Of a DNA stretch of 64,000 nucleotides, positions 25,425 to 38,464 are shown piece after piece. Position numbers and translations under genes: made by a program. The notes under the pieces are model-generated. The model was given only the letters and a program-made list of their open reading frames with translations. It was not told the DNA's origin and did not search any database. Numbering within the stretch: the first letter of the stretch is position 1; the number at the start of each line of letters is the position of its first letter. Origin of the DNA: Protoeuglena noctilucae (Eukaryota); contig OY253673.1 in the NCBI GenBank assembly GCA_958009085.1, positions 124,001 to 188,000 of the forward strand. Direction: 5' to 3'.

Positions 25425-27052
25425 TTAGAAGGAGTCGCCGAACTTGGCCAGGGACTCGAGGGCGCCGTTGCCCGTGTAGAGCGCCTGGGTGCCAAAGCCG
25501 AAGAAGGCGACCATGGCGAGGCGGGCGTGCTTGATCTCGGCCTCCTTGAGCTTGTCGACCTTGTCCGGGTCACCCGAGGCGAGGCCCAGGGGGTCGAAGT
25601 TGCCGCCGGGGTAGCAGCGGAGGGTGGGGTCGGTCTGGGTGTTGCGGAGGATCTCCACGCCGCCCATGAGGATGACCTCGGCCCACACGACCTGGGTGAG
25701 CGTGAAGGGCAGGTCGAAGCCGAAGTAGGTGAGGCCGTCGAGCTCGACCTTGCCGGCGTCCTGCCACGCCACGCCCGTGGTGCCCTCCGCCACCCACACC
25801 CCCAGGCACGCCAGCATGGCCCAGCGGCCGTGGATGAGCTCGCACTCGCGGAAGCGCTGCAGGCCGAAGACCTCCGAGTAGGGCTGCAGGGACCCCGCCT
25901 CCACCTGGTCCACCACGGGGGAGAAGGAGCCAATGACCTGGCCGGCCTTGTTCACCGCCGCGTTCTGGTCGTTCTCGTCGAGGTCGACCTGGAGGTACTC
26001 CACGGGCTTGGCGAGGCCGAGCGGGTCGAAGCCGCTGCGCGCGGGCGGGGCGGGGGGCGGCGGATCGGGCGGGGCGCAATCAGGCCAGATCCCGCGCGGG
26101 GGGGCGCGCCCGGCGCAGGCGGGCGGGAGCGACGGTCGCGCGGCTCGAAAACGCGACGGAATGCGCGCTCACCGGTCGCCGGGGAGGGAGCCGTCGAGCC
26201 ACTCAGGGATATCAGCGTTGGGGATCCACGTCGGCCGGCCCTCGAACTTGCGGTAGCCAACGCCGCCCATCCGCGTCCCCGAGGACGGCGCCGACGACTT
26301 CTTCGCGGCGACGGGCTTGGGGGCGGGGCTGGCGGCCTTCTTCTCCTTCTTCTGCGGGGGCAGGGGCATCACGCCGCGTCCCCGACACCGCGATGCGCAG
26401 GAGCGAAACGCGTGCGCGACAGAAAGGCCCCGAACATCGACGGGGCTGGCATCCGTGCGCCCGTGAACTCCCGATGGCCCCGCTTAGCCCGAGCAAGCCC
26501 CGGCGGCGACGCTGGCCGTCTGCCGATGGCGAGACAGGCGCGTTCGATGGAAACGATACAGGAACGGCGCACGGAGGCGCCCGGGAGGCACGCCAGCGCG
26601 CCCAAATCGCGCCTCGGGGGGCATCAAGCACAAAATCTCTGCGGGGCGACCGGCCCGACCCCCGCGACGCGGCTCCCGGGCTCCATCGCGCTCGATTCGG
26701 CGCATCCGAGTCCGTGACCGCGCAGGAGGGGGGCCGGGCGGCCCGGGCGGGCCCGCAGGGCGACATGGGCCCCGCCCCGCCTTTATCATTGGCAGGAGAT
26801 ACGCGGGCGGGACACGCGATCCCGCGATCGCTCCCCTCCACCGAACGCGGCGCGAGATAGGAAAGCGGGTCGCGGGGGCAGCGCCTGCCGTCCCGCGCGC
26901 GGCGGGGCCGGGGGAACGGATCGGAGGCCCCGTCTCGCCCAGGCAGCGCCCGGCGCGGGGCCCGGGGAGCGATATTATGACGCTGCGGTGCCACTCACCA
27001 GCACCTTGGTGCCGAACATCCCCCCCATCTTCATCGTGGTCTGGAGCGCCAT
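25425..27052 (-). CDS. LHCB4: Minor PSII antenna chlorophyll a/b-binding protein CP29
   Basis: [20 protein letters not shown]29-specific insert [62 protein letters not shown]. Two introns. Confidence 0.97.
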
Positions 27053-27375
27053 CTTGATCCGCGCGGAAGCCGGGTCCCAAAGAGGGAAGGTGTGGGACGC
27101 CTTTTGGTGTGTGGAGGGATCCAACGCAGCCGATCTCGAGCCGGCCAGGGCTCGCGGGGGGCAGATCCGGCTGCGAGGGCCGCGCCAGTGCCCTCCCCGG
27201 ACCAACGTTCGCCAGCGGAGCGAAATCGCCCCCTGACGCGTCTTGTTGCTAACAAGAGATCGTGCATCATCGCGGCCCGGGCACAGCCGGGTGGGGAGAC
27301 GATTGCTGCGCACGCCAGGCCCTGCAGAGCTCAGCCTGTGTCTGCGACCGCCCCGCGATCCGCCGTGGTCAAGCC

Positions 27376-28325
27376 ATGCGCGCGCAATCGGTGACCGGCA
27401 TCGCTCGTCCTCGGACGCCCTCCGTCGGCGGCTGCGGGCGGCCGTCGACCGCGCATCGGCGACCTGAACGCTTGCCGTGGCCATGCGCGCGGGGCCAGCG
27501 AGCGGCCTCCAAAGGGGCGGATACCGAGACAGAGGCCGGGACTGAGGTGGATGACGTTCCTCCCCCGCCCCCCGGCGAGGTGGTCGCTGCGCGGCAGGAG
27601 AGCGTGATGGCCAGCCTCGACTCGGCGACGCTCGCGTGTGCGCGCTACCAGGTGGTCCTCAAGAAGCCCCTGGGCCTGGTGCTGGAGACCGACAAGCATA
27701 ACAACATCTTTGTGGCGGAAATCAAGAGGGTGCGGATTGCTTAGAGTCTCAGGGTCTCTCGCTGTGGCTGCGCCTTGCCCCTGCGCCTTGCCTGGGGGCG
27801 CGACTTGTGACGGGATTCAGTCAGTGGCGACGTCCTCTCGTTGTGCAGGGGGGCAACGCGGAGCGGGAAGGGTCGATTGGAGTGGGCGACGTCCTTGTCT
27901 CGACGTCGGCGTACGTGACGACGACCGAGCAGCAATATGGAGAGACATGGGTCCAGGTGTGACGCCACAGGGGAATTCCTAGGCACGTGCAGCGCCTCGA
28001 GATGGTTTCTATTACGAAGCTGGCTACGTCCCTCGACTGGGGCTCGGCTGCGTTCGTCAAGGAGTGTCACCGTGTGTGCAGGGCGGAGAGAAGTTTATCA
28101 AGCTCGCCACGAGGGGCGAGACTTTCGACACCGTGATGGCGGCTATCGGGAGCCACAAGGTGAGGCCGCAGGCCTGCGAGCGCAATGGTGACGCGAGCCG
28201 CATGAGTCCCAGTGGACACAACCAGTCACTATCGACGCTCTTACGTTGTTCTCTCTTGTGCACCGCAGGCGCACCACACGGTCGTCCTCGAGTTTCAGCG
28301 GTGTGCGCCCTCAGCATTTGCGTAG
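27376..28325 (+). CDS. Chloroplast PDZ-domain protein
   Basis: Transit-like N-terminus, then YQVVLKKPLGLVLE...FVAEIKRGGNAEREGSIGVGDVL...FDTVMAAIGSH...VVLEFQRC. Three GT-AG introns. Confidence 0.8.
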
Positions 28326-28430
28326 CCTGGGCTCTCTAAGCAAGGCACTAAAGGACCTAGGTCCGGTAGAAGATGGGGCGGCGGAGCATGAAGTCAGCTA
28401 TGGAATCCAATGAGGTCGGGCTAGCCTAGC

Positions 28431-29216
28431 CTAGCCGTTGCTGGGGTAGGCCGGCCCCGTCCGCTTGACCATCCAAGACCGCCACTGCGATGGGGAACCG
28501 GGGCGGGCCGCGATGACGACACAGCGAGGGACTGCGATGTCCTGCCCCCCGCGCGACAGCGACTGGCCAAGGGGTCACCTGCCAGAGGTCCTCAAACGCC
28601 CACTTGCCCTGGTCCGGGAAACCACCTTCGGGGGTCTTGACGGCGGGCTGCGGCGCCTTCCCCTTCGCGTTGAGCTTCCGGACCTGCGGCGAGAGGTGTC
28701 TCAGCGACGTGAGCGGCCCGCCGTCGCGGCCATGCCGGGGCTGGCGACGCGCGGAGGTGGGGCCGGCGCCCGTACCCGACCCTCGTGCAGGACCTGCACC
28801 ATTCGGTCCCGGTCATGGCGGTACGGGCGCGTCTCGGGGATGAAGAGCCTCCCCGGGAAAGACACCATCGTCGTCGCCGTCTGCGGACGCCAGGGGCGCA
28901 GCATCGGGTCAGCGCCGTCGACGCCTCTTGCAACCCGTGGCCTCGCGCCGTCCGCGAGGCGTCCGTGGACCGAGACAGCTCTGCGGCTGCCTGACTAACT
29001 CCAGGCTGCATCCGTGATGGAGGAAGCGGATCCGGCAGCCCGGGCGCCCTGCTCCCGGCCGCACGGTGGCGCGGATAGACGGGCCAGCCATGCGCGCTGT
29101 GTGGCGGTCCAGGAGCCACACACCAGGATCCCCACGAAGTATTGTGCGAAGAACTTCTCGCTGGCGTGCGGGACCACCGGGGAGCCCCGGTAGGGGTCGG
29201 AGAACTCGAGCGCCAT
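28431..29216 (-). CDS. Hypothetical small protein (~118 aa) with one weakly hydrophobic segment
   Basis: Four exons join in phase: MALEFSDPYRGSPVVPHASEKFFAQYFVGIL|TATTMVSFPGRLFIPETRPYRHDRDRMVQVLHEGR|VRKLNAKG...WAFEDLWQ|WRSWMVKRTGPAYPSNG*. Confidence 0.55.
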
Positions 29217-29619
29217 CTCTGCGCGAGCGCTCCGGCCGGGCTGCACTCGCTGCCCGCCGTCTTCTCCCTCCGCAAGCAGTACCCGGGCCCGCAAGACGTG
29301 TCGTTTCCACCCCGCCCCTCGCCACGTCAGGGACAGAGTCGGACTGGCGCGCCTCGCGAAACACCGCGGACGGCGACACACGCCGCTAATGATTGCATTT
29401 CGATCTGCAGATCGCGGCGCGGCTCCAGCCCCTCGCATTGCCGCTTAAACGTCGACACGCTCGACAGAAGGGGCACTGCGGAGCCCGAGGTGCGCGACGC
29501 GCCCGTGGGAGTCGCTCGACCGATCGATCATTGAATTGGTGGCCCCGCCGGAGCGCCGGGTCGAGGCGTCGGCCTGCACAGCTGATTCCGTTCTCCTGCT
29601 CCACGCAGGTCCCGGGAGA

Positions 29620-32322
29620 ATGGCGGGTTCTGTGACGGATGCTCCCGAGGGCGACGGGGCAGAGGCGCTGGCCTCCCCCGCGTGGATGGAGGCGGAAGGG
29701 GACGTCGCGCTCGCTGCCGGGGACGAGCACGAACTGCACGAGACATTCTCTCGTTCTGGGATGAGCACGCCGCGGACGAATACGCCGCGCGCGTTTCGCA
29801 GCCACTCCGCGCGCTCCGACACGGACGGCGCGTCCCAGTCGGAGGCGAGCAGCGTCGTGACGGGGCCCCCGAGCGACTTGGCGTGGGTGGGCGCTGCGGA
29901 CGTCAGCGACTCGGGGGACGACCCTGCGGCGGATGAAGCACGACGGGACTCCACAGCGAACGCGCCGGGTGCGCCGGACGGGGGGGCCGCGGGCGGCAGC
30001 ATCTTCGAGGACCCTCGGCACGATGGGTGCAAGCTCCACGGCTGCGCCCACTACAGGCGAGGCGGCCCCCGCTCGAAGCGCCGCTTCGCACTTCATCGCT
30101 CGCCGCTCTCGGCGACGTGCGGCAGGTGAGCGCCAGGCCTCGTGCCCTGCGCAGGCGCCGGTGCAAGCTCCTGGCCCCGTGCTGCGGGAGGTTCTTCTGG
30201 TGCCGCTTCTGCCACAATGACGCGATGGAGGGTGACGACGTGGACCCCGCGCAGCGGCACCAGATTGATCGGCACCGCGTGACGACGCTGCAGTGCGCCC
30301 TCTGCGGGGACACGCAGCCCGTGGCGCGGGTGAGCGGTTGGGGGGGCGCTCTCGCACGTGAAGGCCGGCCCGCGCGCCTAGCCTCGCCTGCGTGTCTGCC
30401 GAGCTGTCCCGCGAGCGGCCCGACACCTGCGCCTGCGCCTCTCGTGCTGCGCAGGAGTGCCGGTCGTGCAAGGTGTCGTTCGGGGAGTACAGCTGCCTCG
30501 AGTGCCGCCTGTTCGACGACGACACGTCCAAGAAGCAGTTCCACTGCGCCAAGTGCGGCATCTGCCGCGTGGGCGGGCGGGAGAACTTCTGGCACTGGTG
30601 AGGGGGCAGGAGGGTTTTGGTGGGGGGCGGGCACGCACGACTGGTACGTGCGACTGTGTGGTAGCCGTTGTAGGTCCTGTTAACCCATAAACCCCTCCCT
30701 TGTCCCGCAGCGACCACTGCGAGGCGTGCTTTGGCCTCGAGGCGCGGGACGGCCACAAGTGCATCTCCGAGGTCACCAAGCAGCAGTGCCCCATCTGCAT
30801 CGAGTTCCTCTTCGACTCGGGTGAGAGAAGGGGCGATACGGGGGGCGACACGACATGGCTGCCGTTTGGAGTTCATCCTCTCATAGACCCGACGCTCCCT
30901 CGTCATGCCATGTGCCCTGCGCACCCCACCGACGTCTAATTCTCTTCTTTTCTCGCAGTCAAGCGCCTCAGCGTACTCCCCTGCGGCCACGTCATGCACC
31001 AGGAGTGCCATCGGCAGTGTCTGGCCAACCGTGTCTACAAGTGCCCCTGGTGCCTCCGCTCCACCGGTGAGCCACTGAGGGTTTACCCATGTATGATGCA
31101 CGGTTGACTCGTCCACTGTGCCGTCGCTGATCCCACTAGTCACTCATCGCAGCGGTATGTGTTCAGTCCAGCCCCACGCCTGACACCCGCACCGCTGCCC
31201 TCTCTGCTTTGCAGTGGAGCTCGACTGGCGCTCGATCGATGAGCAGGTGGCCCAGACGCCCATGCCCCATGAGTACCGGCACATGGTGGTGCTGGTCACG
31301 TGCAACGACTGCACCTCCCGGTCCCACGCGCCCTTCCACGTGGTCGGACTGAAGGCGAGTGATGGCTGGGGGATAGTGGGACGCGGTGGTTGCCATCGGT
31401 CGCGTGCGATGAAAGCACGGTCGGTGGCGACTGCGACAGTCGTTCCCTGGTGGATTGGCAGGATCTATGCGTCTCTTAATAACAATGCCAGCGTCCTCCC
31501 CACCTCGCGCAGTGCGGGCGGTGCGGCAGCTACAACACCAGCCGCGTGGGCAACCTGCAGCCGGCCCCTGCGCCCGCCGGGGTGGATGCGGGCGCGGGGG
31601 GCGACGGAGCGGACTATGAGGACGCTCTGGAGGCGGGGGCGGGGGAGGGGGCTTTGGGCGGCGAGGGGCCGTGGGAGGGCGGCGACAGCGACGGGAGCGA
31701 GTGGGTAGAGGAAGAATGGGTGGAGGAGTGGGGGGACGCGAGGGGGCCGTGGGACGGGGCGGGCATGGAGGGGTCGGTGATGGAGGGGTCGGTGGGGGCG
31801 GGGGACGCGGCAATGGGGGATGGCTTGGCGGGGAGTGAGGGGGGCGAGGGAGGGGCTGTTGGGGAGCGCAGGGACGGCGGGGGCGAGAGTCGCGTTCCGC
31901 ACAGGGAGGGGCGGGGCAGGGGCGGGGGCGCGGAGGAGGCGGAGGATGGGGCTGGGGCGGGGGATGCCGAGGGTGGGGTCTTTGTGGGAAGGCGGCACTC
32001 GGAGCCCGGGGGTCCGTGGTTGGGGAGGGGCGTGGACGCCTCGTGGGCCTTCGCGGACGCTGACGACGCGGGCATGAGCGTGAGCGTGAGCGCGAGTGGG
32101 GATGCGAGTGGGCAGGTCACACCCCGTAGCTTTGCCACGTCGCGCTCGAGCGAGGGCCGCGCGGGGGCGGAGATGGACGCGGACTCGACGACGAGCGCGA
32201 CGTCGCGGTCGAGCGCGGGCGCCGGGGCGGGGGTGGGGGCCGGGGTGGGGGTGCGTGTGGAGCCGGGGAGCGCGGGGGCAGGGCGGTCGGTGGTGGCGCC
32301 GCTGGGGCGCGTCCAGTGCTGA
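29620..32322 (+). CDS. CHY/CTCHY/RING zinc-finger E3 ubiquitin ligase (Pirh2/RCHY1/MIEL1-like) with an acidic low-complexity tail
   Basis: [70 protein letters not shown]...[16 protein letters not shown]. Confidence 0.93.
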
Positions 32323-32467
32323 GGGGCGGTGCTGAGTGTTTGCGACCGTCGATGCACGGAAGGGAAGGACGCGCGGGCTGGCTGTCTGGTTGCTGAGCCA
32401 TTGAAACGCAGGCTGGCAAGAGAGAGGTTCGCATCGCCGCTTCAACTGGCCCCGTGCGCTAGCCTCG

Positions 32468-33208
32468 TCACGCCTCGCTCTTGATCTCCTTCCACTGCTT
32501 GCCCATCAGCGGCTCCACCTCGCCAGTGAATTTGCCGTTGGTCTTCCACTCGGCAATGCCCAGCGAGTAGCCCCAGTCCGCCTGCGTCTCCATGCGCACG
32601 TCCGACGTGGCGCGCGCCATGCAGATGAGCGCGCAGCCCTCGGCGATCTCGTTCTCGGAAAGCGTGAAGCTCAGGTCAGGGATGTCGCTCATGTCGACTG
32701 TCCCGTCCACCACGCGCGTCACGCACGCGCCGCAGATGCCGCCGCGGCACGTCGCGGGCAGGTCGAGGCCCGCTGCCTCCGCCGCGTCAAGGATGTACTG
32801 GTTGTCGGAGCACTGCACCGTAATTTCCTCGTTCGCGGCCACGAAAGTCACATTGAAGGACTTGCCCTGGGAGGACACCTGCGCGGCACGGACAGGGCGT
32901 GCAAGGACATCCAGGAGACGCTTGAGCGCCCAGTAAAACCGGGGGGATTCGAGCGCCGGCCCAGAAGCACGGCGGGCGCGGGCCGGGGTAGATATCCCCG
33001 GAGCGCCGGGGGTCCTCAGCGAGGATGCCGCGCGAGTTGTGGGCGCTGCGGGCAGCGCGCTTACCTCCTTCCGCTCAGCGACGACGTCTCGGCAAAAGCC
33101 CTGGTCGGCGCGCGCAACGACGCGTGGCCGGCGAACCCGTCCCTGCGAGCCCAGGACGCAATCGGCCGAATGGGTCGTGCGCGCCGCATACGACGCGATT
33201 TCGGCCAT
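32468..33208 (-). CDS. FDX3: Chloroplast [2Fe-2S] ferredoxin, FDX3 type with a C-terminal extension
   Basis: YILDAAEAAGLDLPATCRGGICGAC...LICMARATSD, extension ETQADWGYSLG..EWK. Transit peptide. One 186-bp intron (32879-33064). Confidence 0.9.
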   Translation of the reverse strand: MAEIASYAARTTHSADCVLGSQGRVRRPRVVARADQGFCRDVVAERKEVSALPAAPTTRAASSLRTPGAPGISTPARARRASGPALESPRFYWALKRLLDVLARPVRAAQVSSQGKSFNVTFVAANEEITVQCSDNQYILDAAEAAGLDLPATCRGGICGACVTRVVDGTVDMSDIPDLSFTLSENEIAEGCALICMARATSDVRMETQADWGYSLGIAEWKTNGKFTGEVEPLMGKQWKEIKSEA

Positions 33209-33859
33209 CACCAATGACTGCAACAGACGTCTGTCATTCGGTGACAGGAACGAGCGATCCCGGGACGCGTCGCTCCGGGCTTGCCGTCGTCTCTCACCAA
33301 TGCCGGTCCTGCACCCGCCCGCGGAGCCGTGCACCCCACCGCCACGCTCATCTCCTCGCTTGCAACGTAGTACTGGCGACAATGGGTTAGGTGAGCGTTC
33401 CGATCTCGATGGTCTAGTCCCAGTCTGAATCCTCACGGTCCCTTGGTTTATCACTGACCCCGTTACAAGAGCGTTCGCAAAGCTGGACAGAGGCAATGAT
33501 GATCGCGTGCCAGGTCCTTCAACCATCGAGAAACTGACAAATCAATCACACTTGCGAGTGCAGCACAGTTTTCGGGCATTGGGGCAGGTGATCACGAGGG
33601 CACGAAGAGCCTCCCACTATCACCTCCCCACGGCACCGGCGCCTTCTCGAAGCCCCGACAAACTCGCCGAGTGGCGGTGCGACAGCCCGTTCCCCCGCGG
33701 TCGTGCCGGCCTGCGACCGCGAGTGACAAAGCACGATGTGCGTGGGGCGTCGCCTAGGTGCGTGCCTCGCCCTGCCATCCCTTCTAGCAACAAAGCACGG
33801 CCTGCGTGGGGCGACTTGTGCACGTGCCCCCTCCCATGCCCCCTCCCATCCCTCGCAAC

Positions 33860-36662
33860 TCACCTGCCCGGGCTGGCCCTCTTGGCTCCCTTGATGGAGT
33901 TTGACATCGATTCCGAGGGGCTCCGGAAACTGGGCTCCCGGACCTTGGTTGCCTGCATGCGGCTCTTGATCTCCTCCGCCAGGAGGGGCCTGGGTGGGCC
34001 AGGGAAACAGCCAGGGGTCACGATCAGCACTGCCGGGTCTGCATGCCGTGTTTGCCCGACCACGCCTGGCCACGCCCATCACGCATCCGCCACCGCCTCA
34101 CCTCCCGTCGTCCAAGTCGTCGTTCTCGTTGTCCGACGTCCCCCACAAGCTGATCTCCGCCTGGTTGAGGCTGCTGGGCGGCACCACGTCCGCCGCCACG
34201 TGGCCCAGCGTGTCCTGGGGCCGCTTCACGAAGGCCATGGCCCCCTCGCCGTCCGCCAGCGCCTCGGTCAGTTGCTTCAGGAGACTGTCCTCCGGCTGCC
34301 CCAGCAGGCCGTTGTCCCGGAGGACCTCGTACATGGTCACCATGTCAGACGCACGCTGCTCCGCCGCCGCCATGTAGAGCATCACGTTCGACTCGGTCAC
34401 CTCGCCACCCGACGCGCCTAGCTCGCGCTCGGACACGGCCGGCCGGGCCCCGAGCTTCTGCAGGCGCAGGGTCCACCGCACGCTGTCGGCCAGAGCCCGC
34501 GCAGCGCGTGCGCCTCGTAAGTTCGAGGAACCGCCCTGCGGACATCGTGCCGCTGGCTTCCAGCCACCGCCGCACCTTGACGATGTCCCCCACCACCACG
34601 CGGATGCGCTTGAGCTCCGCGGTCGACTCCTCCAGCCGCTGGCGGTTCGTCGTCAGAGCCTCCTGCGCCCGGTTGCGCTGCTCCTCCGCGGACGCGATCA
34701 CCTGCCGCCGCTCGTCCTCGTTCCGCTTGCTCTGCTGCCGCAGCCGCTGCGCCTCGTCGCGGATGCCGCCCAGCCGCTCCTCCAAAGCCTCCACCTCTGC
34801 ATCCAACTCCCGCTGCAGGTTGAACATGTTGAAATTCCGCTCTTCCATTCGCGAGAACTCCTGCGGCGGAGGCGCGGGCGCGGCGATCTCGCTCCCGCGG
34901 ACGTTTTTCTTGTTCCGACTTGTCCATGCCACGTCGCTCGGCCGCTTGCCTCCAAAAACTCCTCCACCTCCTCCGTCCCCGTGGCGCTCAGGATGGCCGA
35001 GAGCGCGTCCTGGTACGACTGCGTCTTGGACACGGCGTTGGCCCCTGCCATGGGGCTCTTGGGCCCGTCCGACCCCGTCCAGTTGTTGCGCATTGAGAGC
35101 GTCTTGCCCAGGGTGGGCTGCGCGGGGCGCGTCGTGTCCGCCGCGAGCTCTGCGGTTGACGACAACAAAGCCCTGAAGCGCCTCAGCAGCCAGGCACCTG
35201 CGGATGCCCCGCCAGGCCATGCCGGTCGCCACCTGCGCCGCACCTGCCACGGCCAGCTGCCTCTGCCGCTCGATCTCCATCAGGTTGCGGTCCCGCTCCA
35301 CGATTGTCTGCATCTGCCCCAGCGCCCGGTCGTACGCCTTGGCCTGCCGGTCCTGCTCCGCTTGCATTGAAGCCATCATGTTGTGCGCCTCGTCCCGCGC
35401 CTCCCGCGCCGCCGTCGCCGACTGCATCACGTCCTGCATCTGCTGCCGGGCCAGCTCCAACTCCCGCTCCGTCTTCCTGCGACGCGCAAAGCACGAAGCA
35501 CGACGGTGACCCTCCGTGCGCCCCTGCACCTCACCCGCACTCCACAGCAAGCCCCAAGCAAGGCAAGAACATCATAAATTCGCGGCACATCAAGCGTCCT
35601 CGTGTAAGCTTGTACGGGCTAGCGGCAGTACAGCTTTGAATATCAGTCAGAACTCACTTGTAGATTCCCTGGAACCGCAGGCGCTCCTTGCGTAACGAGT
35701 CAATCTCGGCCCGGAGCATCTTATTCTGCGCCACGGCCTCGTTGAAGTTCACATTCTCCTTCTCCAGACGGTTCTCCAATATCCTGGGGCCAGGCGCTAT
35801 AAGGGTGGCTTGAAGGCAGGCATCACATGGTGCCGTCAGGCTCGTATCAGCCCGTGAGCAACAAAGAGCTGCTAAACGATGATGGGTGAGGTAAGGGCGC
35901 GCTCGGCCCTGTCGCACTCACCGCTGCTGCTGCATGATGGAGGACGCCCTCTCTTGGATGGCCTGCACGCCCCCCATGCGGTGGCGGGCCTTGGAAGCCC
36001 GGGACTCCAGCGCTGCGGGATCAAGGGCGAGGGATGTCGTCGGCGCCCAAAGACAACCCTCGTCACTGCGCCCAAACACTCTGTGCCTGGCTGGCTGTGA
36101 CGAAGGCGTGCTGCGCCCCACCTCCCAAGAGGCCGTTCAGCTCCTCGACCTTCTGGTGTTCCATCTCAATCCGCCTGCCGAATCGATCGCACTCCTCCTG
36201 CAACCGCGCCAGCTCCTCCGCCTGCTGTGCCGTGGGCGCCAGCTCGGAGGCCTGCACCTCGCGCTCCAGCTCCGTCGCCAGCGACGCGTTCTCCTTCCGC
36301 AACGTCTGGATGACCTCTCGCTGATGTGAGATGGTACGCTGGGCGTCCTCGGACATGCCGCGCCGGGCCAAATTACTGCGGAAAGGGCCGCGAGGGGCGC
36401 TGGCCTTGCGGCACGGGGCTGTGCGCGGTGGTCGCGACACTACAGGGGGAAGGCAGCATGCCTTGACTTTGAGCACAACATTATGTGACTGTGTGCGCGG
36501 CCGTGAGGCATCGGAGCGAAGCGTCCGCGCACCCGGACCAGCGCATGCTGCACGGCGCCATTACCTGGCCTTCGACTCGGCGAGCGTCATCCCCTTGGCC
36601 CCAGTCTGGGCGTAGCCCCGTTGCAGGGATACCCCGCTCGTATTGGATGACTCGTTCATCAT
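33860..36662 (-). CDS. Outer dynein arm docking complex subunit (DC2/ODA1, CCDC114/ODAD1-like coiled coil)
   Basis: RMGGV, ILENRLEK..VNFNEAVAQNKMLRAEIDSLRKER, F...EERNFNMFN, VTESNVMLYMAAAEQRA, DD..RPLLAEEIK. About eight exons. Confidence 0.82.
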
Positions 36663-37163
36663 CCGCGCTTCGCCGTGACCTGGACCGGGCGCGTTGTGCG
36701 CTAACATCCTCGCGTGCGCAGCGGAGGCGCGTCGGGACAGGAAGTGCCGCCCACTCGCGTTCATAGGCGCAATAGTTGTCCGGGCGATGCCCGAAGATAA
36801 GCCGAACCCCCTCGAGCGGGCCTGTGCTTTTTTTCAACGCGTCCCTCCACAGGCGCTGCGGAGAGATCGAGGGAATGAAGGGCACCGTCTGCCAATCTGC
36901 CAAGCTACACTCTTGACCGTAGGCGACAGCAATTCAGTCCCGGCCAGGGAAAATCTACTTTTGCTGCCCTGACACTGCAACGTCCTGCCTGGCGGGCCTT
37001 CTAAGGCTTCTTGGCGTATGGCATGCTTCTTGCCAAGCCATTTATGCAACACATGGCGCTGTGATACCGTCTGTTTCCGTGCTTGTCCATTCGCCCATCC
37101 ATTCCGTCACACGCCCACCACGTGCCTGCGCCCTGGTCTGGTAAAGGTTCTGTGCATGCCACG

Positions 37164-38387
37164 ATGGTTGTCCGCGATCGAGTCGACGAGCCCCCGTGGT
37201 GCTGGCCGCAATGGCTGAGCCAGTTCCCGCTCAATCGCTTCACGGTTCTGGACTACTTCAGCCACTCGCCCTTCTACGACGAGATCGCCAAGGCCAGGTC
37301 CGTGCGAGCAGCATGCTTGTGTGTATGCGAACGACTGCATCGATGGCAGGACGACCGGCGACGGCGCGTGGCCTTTCGCAGGGGCGTCAACCCGGCCGCC
37401 CTCGCCACGGCCAACTTGGGCTTCGTCTACGTGGTGTCGCACGCGCAAGACCCGCATCTGTATGTGATCGAGAGGAGGACCCTACTGGACAATGCTGGGG
37501 ATCCCGGGAAAGCGGGAGGAGGTGACGCGGCGCTCCCAGGACGCGTGCAAGCCTGTCCCAGCGCCAGGGCAGCCACACCGACCCCGCCTGGCCACCCGCG
37601 CAGGCATGCTGGAGGCCGTTTACATCTTCCAGGACGGCATGATTACGCAGTCCCCCTCGGTGCACCAAGTCTTCTATTCCCGGCTGCGCCAGGCCCTGTC
37701 CAGGTGCCATGGGGTGCGCCCCCCCGGCCCCTGTCGCGCTGCTCGGGCGGCCACCGCCGCATGAGCGCCGCCTGCGCGATGTCCGCAGTGTTAAGAAGAG
37801 CTGGGAGTCCCTGGCGGAGGCCCTGGGCGTGGGGAGAGATGACGCGGATGGGGACGCCAAGGCGGGGACGCTGGTGGCGGCGCAGTTGGCGGCGCTGCCC
37901 ATCGGAGACGGCGAGCGCGCCAAGGTGAGATGGATGCCGGATGTTCTGGCGAGCCGACGCTCCAGGGTCATGCGTGGCCTATGTCTGTGTCCACATGCCA
38001 CGTTGGTTGGCACCTGCGTGCGTACGCCCCGTCTGCACACCACACGCCCACATACCCTGCTCTGCTTCGCAGCGTGTGGCATCCCGGGCCGTCTTGCGGG
38101 GAGTCCTGGGTCGGTGGCACGACGCGGTGCCGAAGATCGCATTCGACAATGGCGATGCGGTGGCTGAGCCATCGAACGACAGGGCAGGGGCGGGGGGCGC
38201 GGCGGCAGCGGCTGTGCCACCACGCGTGGACGGCGACGGCGGTGATCAGGAGCAGTTCAATCAGATGAAGCCCGAGGAGCCGCCTGCTCTTGCGGGCATC
38301 AAGGCCGAATCTGGCGCGGCGGGTGCAGGAGCCACTGGGGGCGGGGGTGGGCGGCCAGGCAGCCGGAAGCGGGTGCGCGAGAGCTGA
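37164..38387 (+). CDS. MED6: Mediator of RNA polymerase II transcription subunit 6
   Basis: WL..FPLNRFTVLDYFSHSPFYD, YVVSHAQDPHLYVIERR, VYIFQDGMITQSPSVHQVFYSRL. Four introns. Confidence 0.88.
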
Positions 38388-38464
38388 GAGATGCGGGAGA
38401 GCGTGGGGTGTGAGCGCCTTGAAATGTGTGGGAAAACTTGAGAGGGTTGCCAGCGTGCAGCACG

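Noticed and set aside
29386..31143. Long ORFs in the track (585 aa here; also 25527-26717, 56709-58187, 7661-8959)
   Set aside because: These are antisense shadows of real genes in high-GC DNA, with Arg/Pro/Ala-rich translations and no motifs.
32879..33064. 62-aa insertion in the ferredoxin (352-aa ORF in the track)
   Set aside because: It is a stop-free, in-frame 186-bp GT-AG intron (GAG|gtaagc...gcag|GTG), expected by chance at this GC content.
33497..33538. Possible C/D-box snoRNA (ATGATGA...CTGA)
   Set aside because: Only about 40 nt from box C to box D, with no terminal stem or recognisable rRNA complement.
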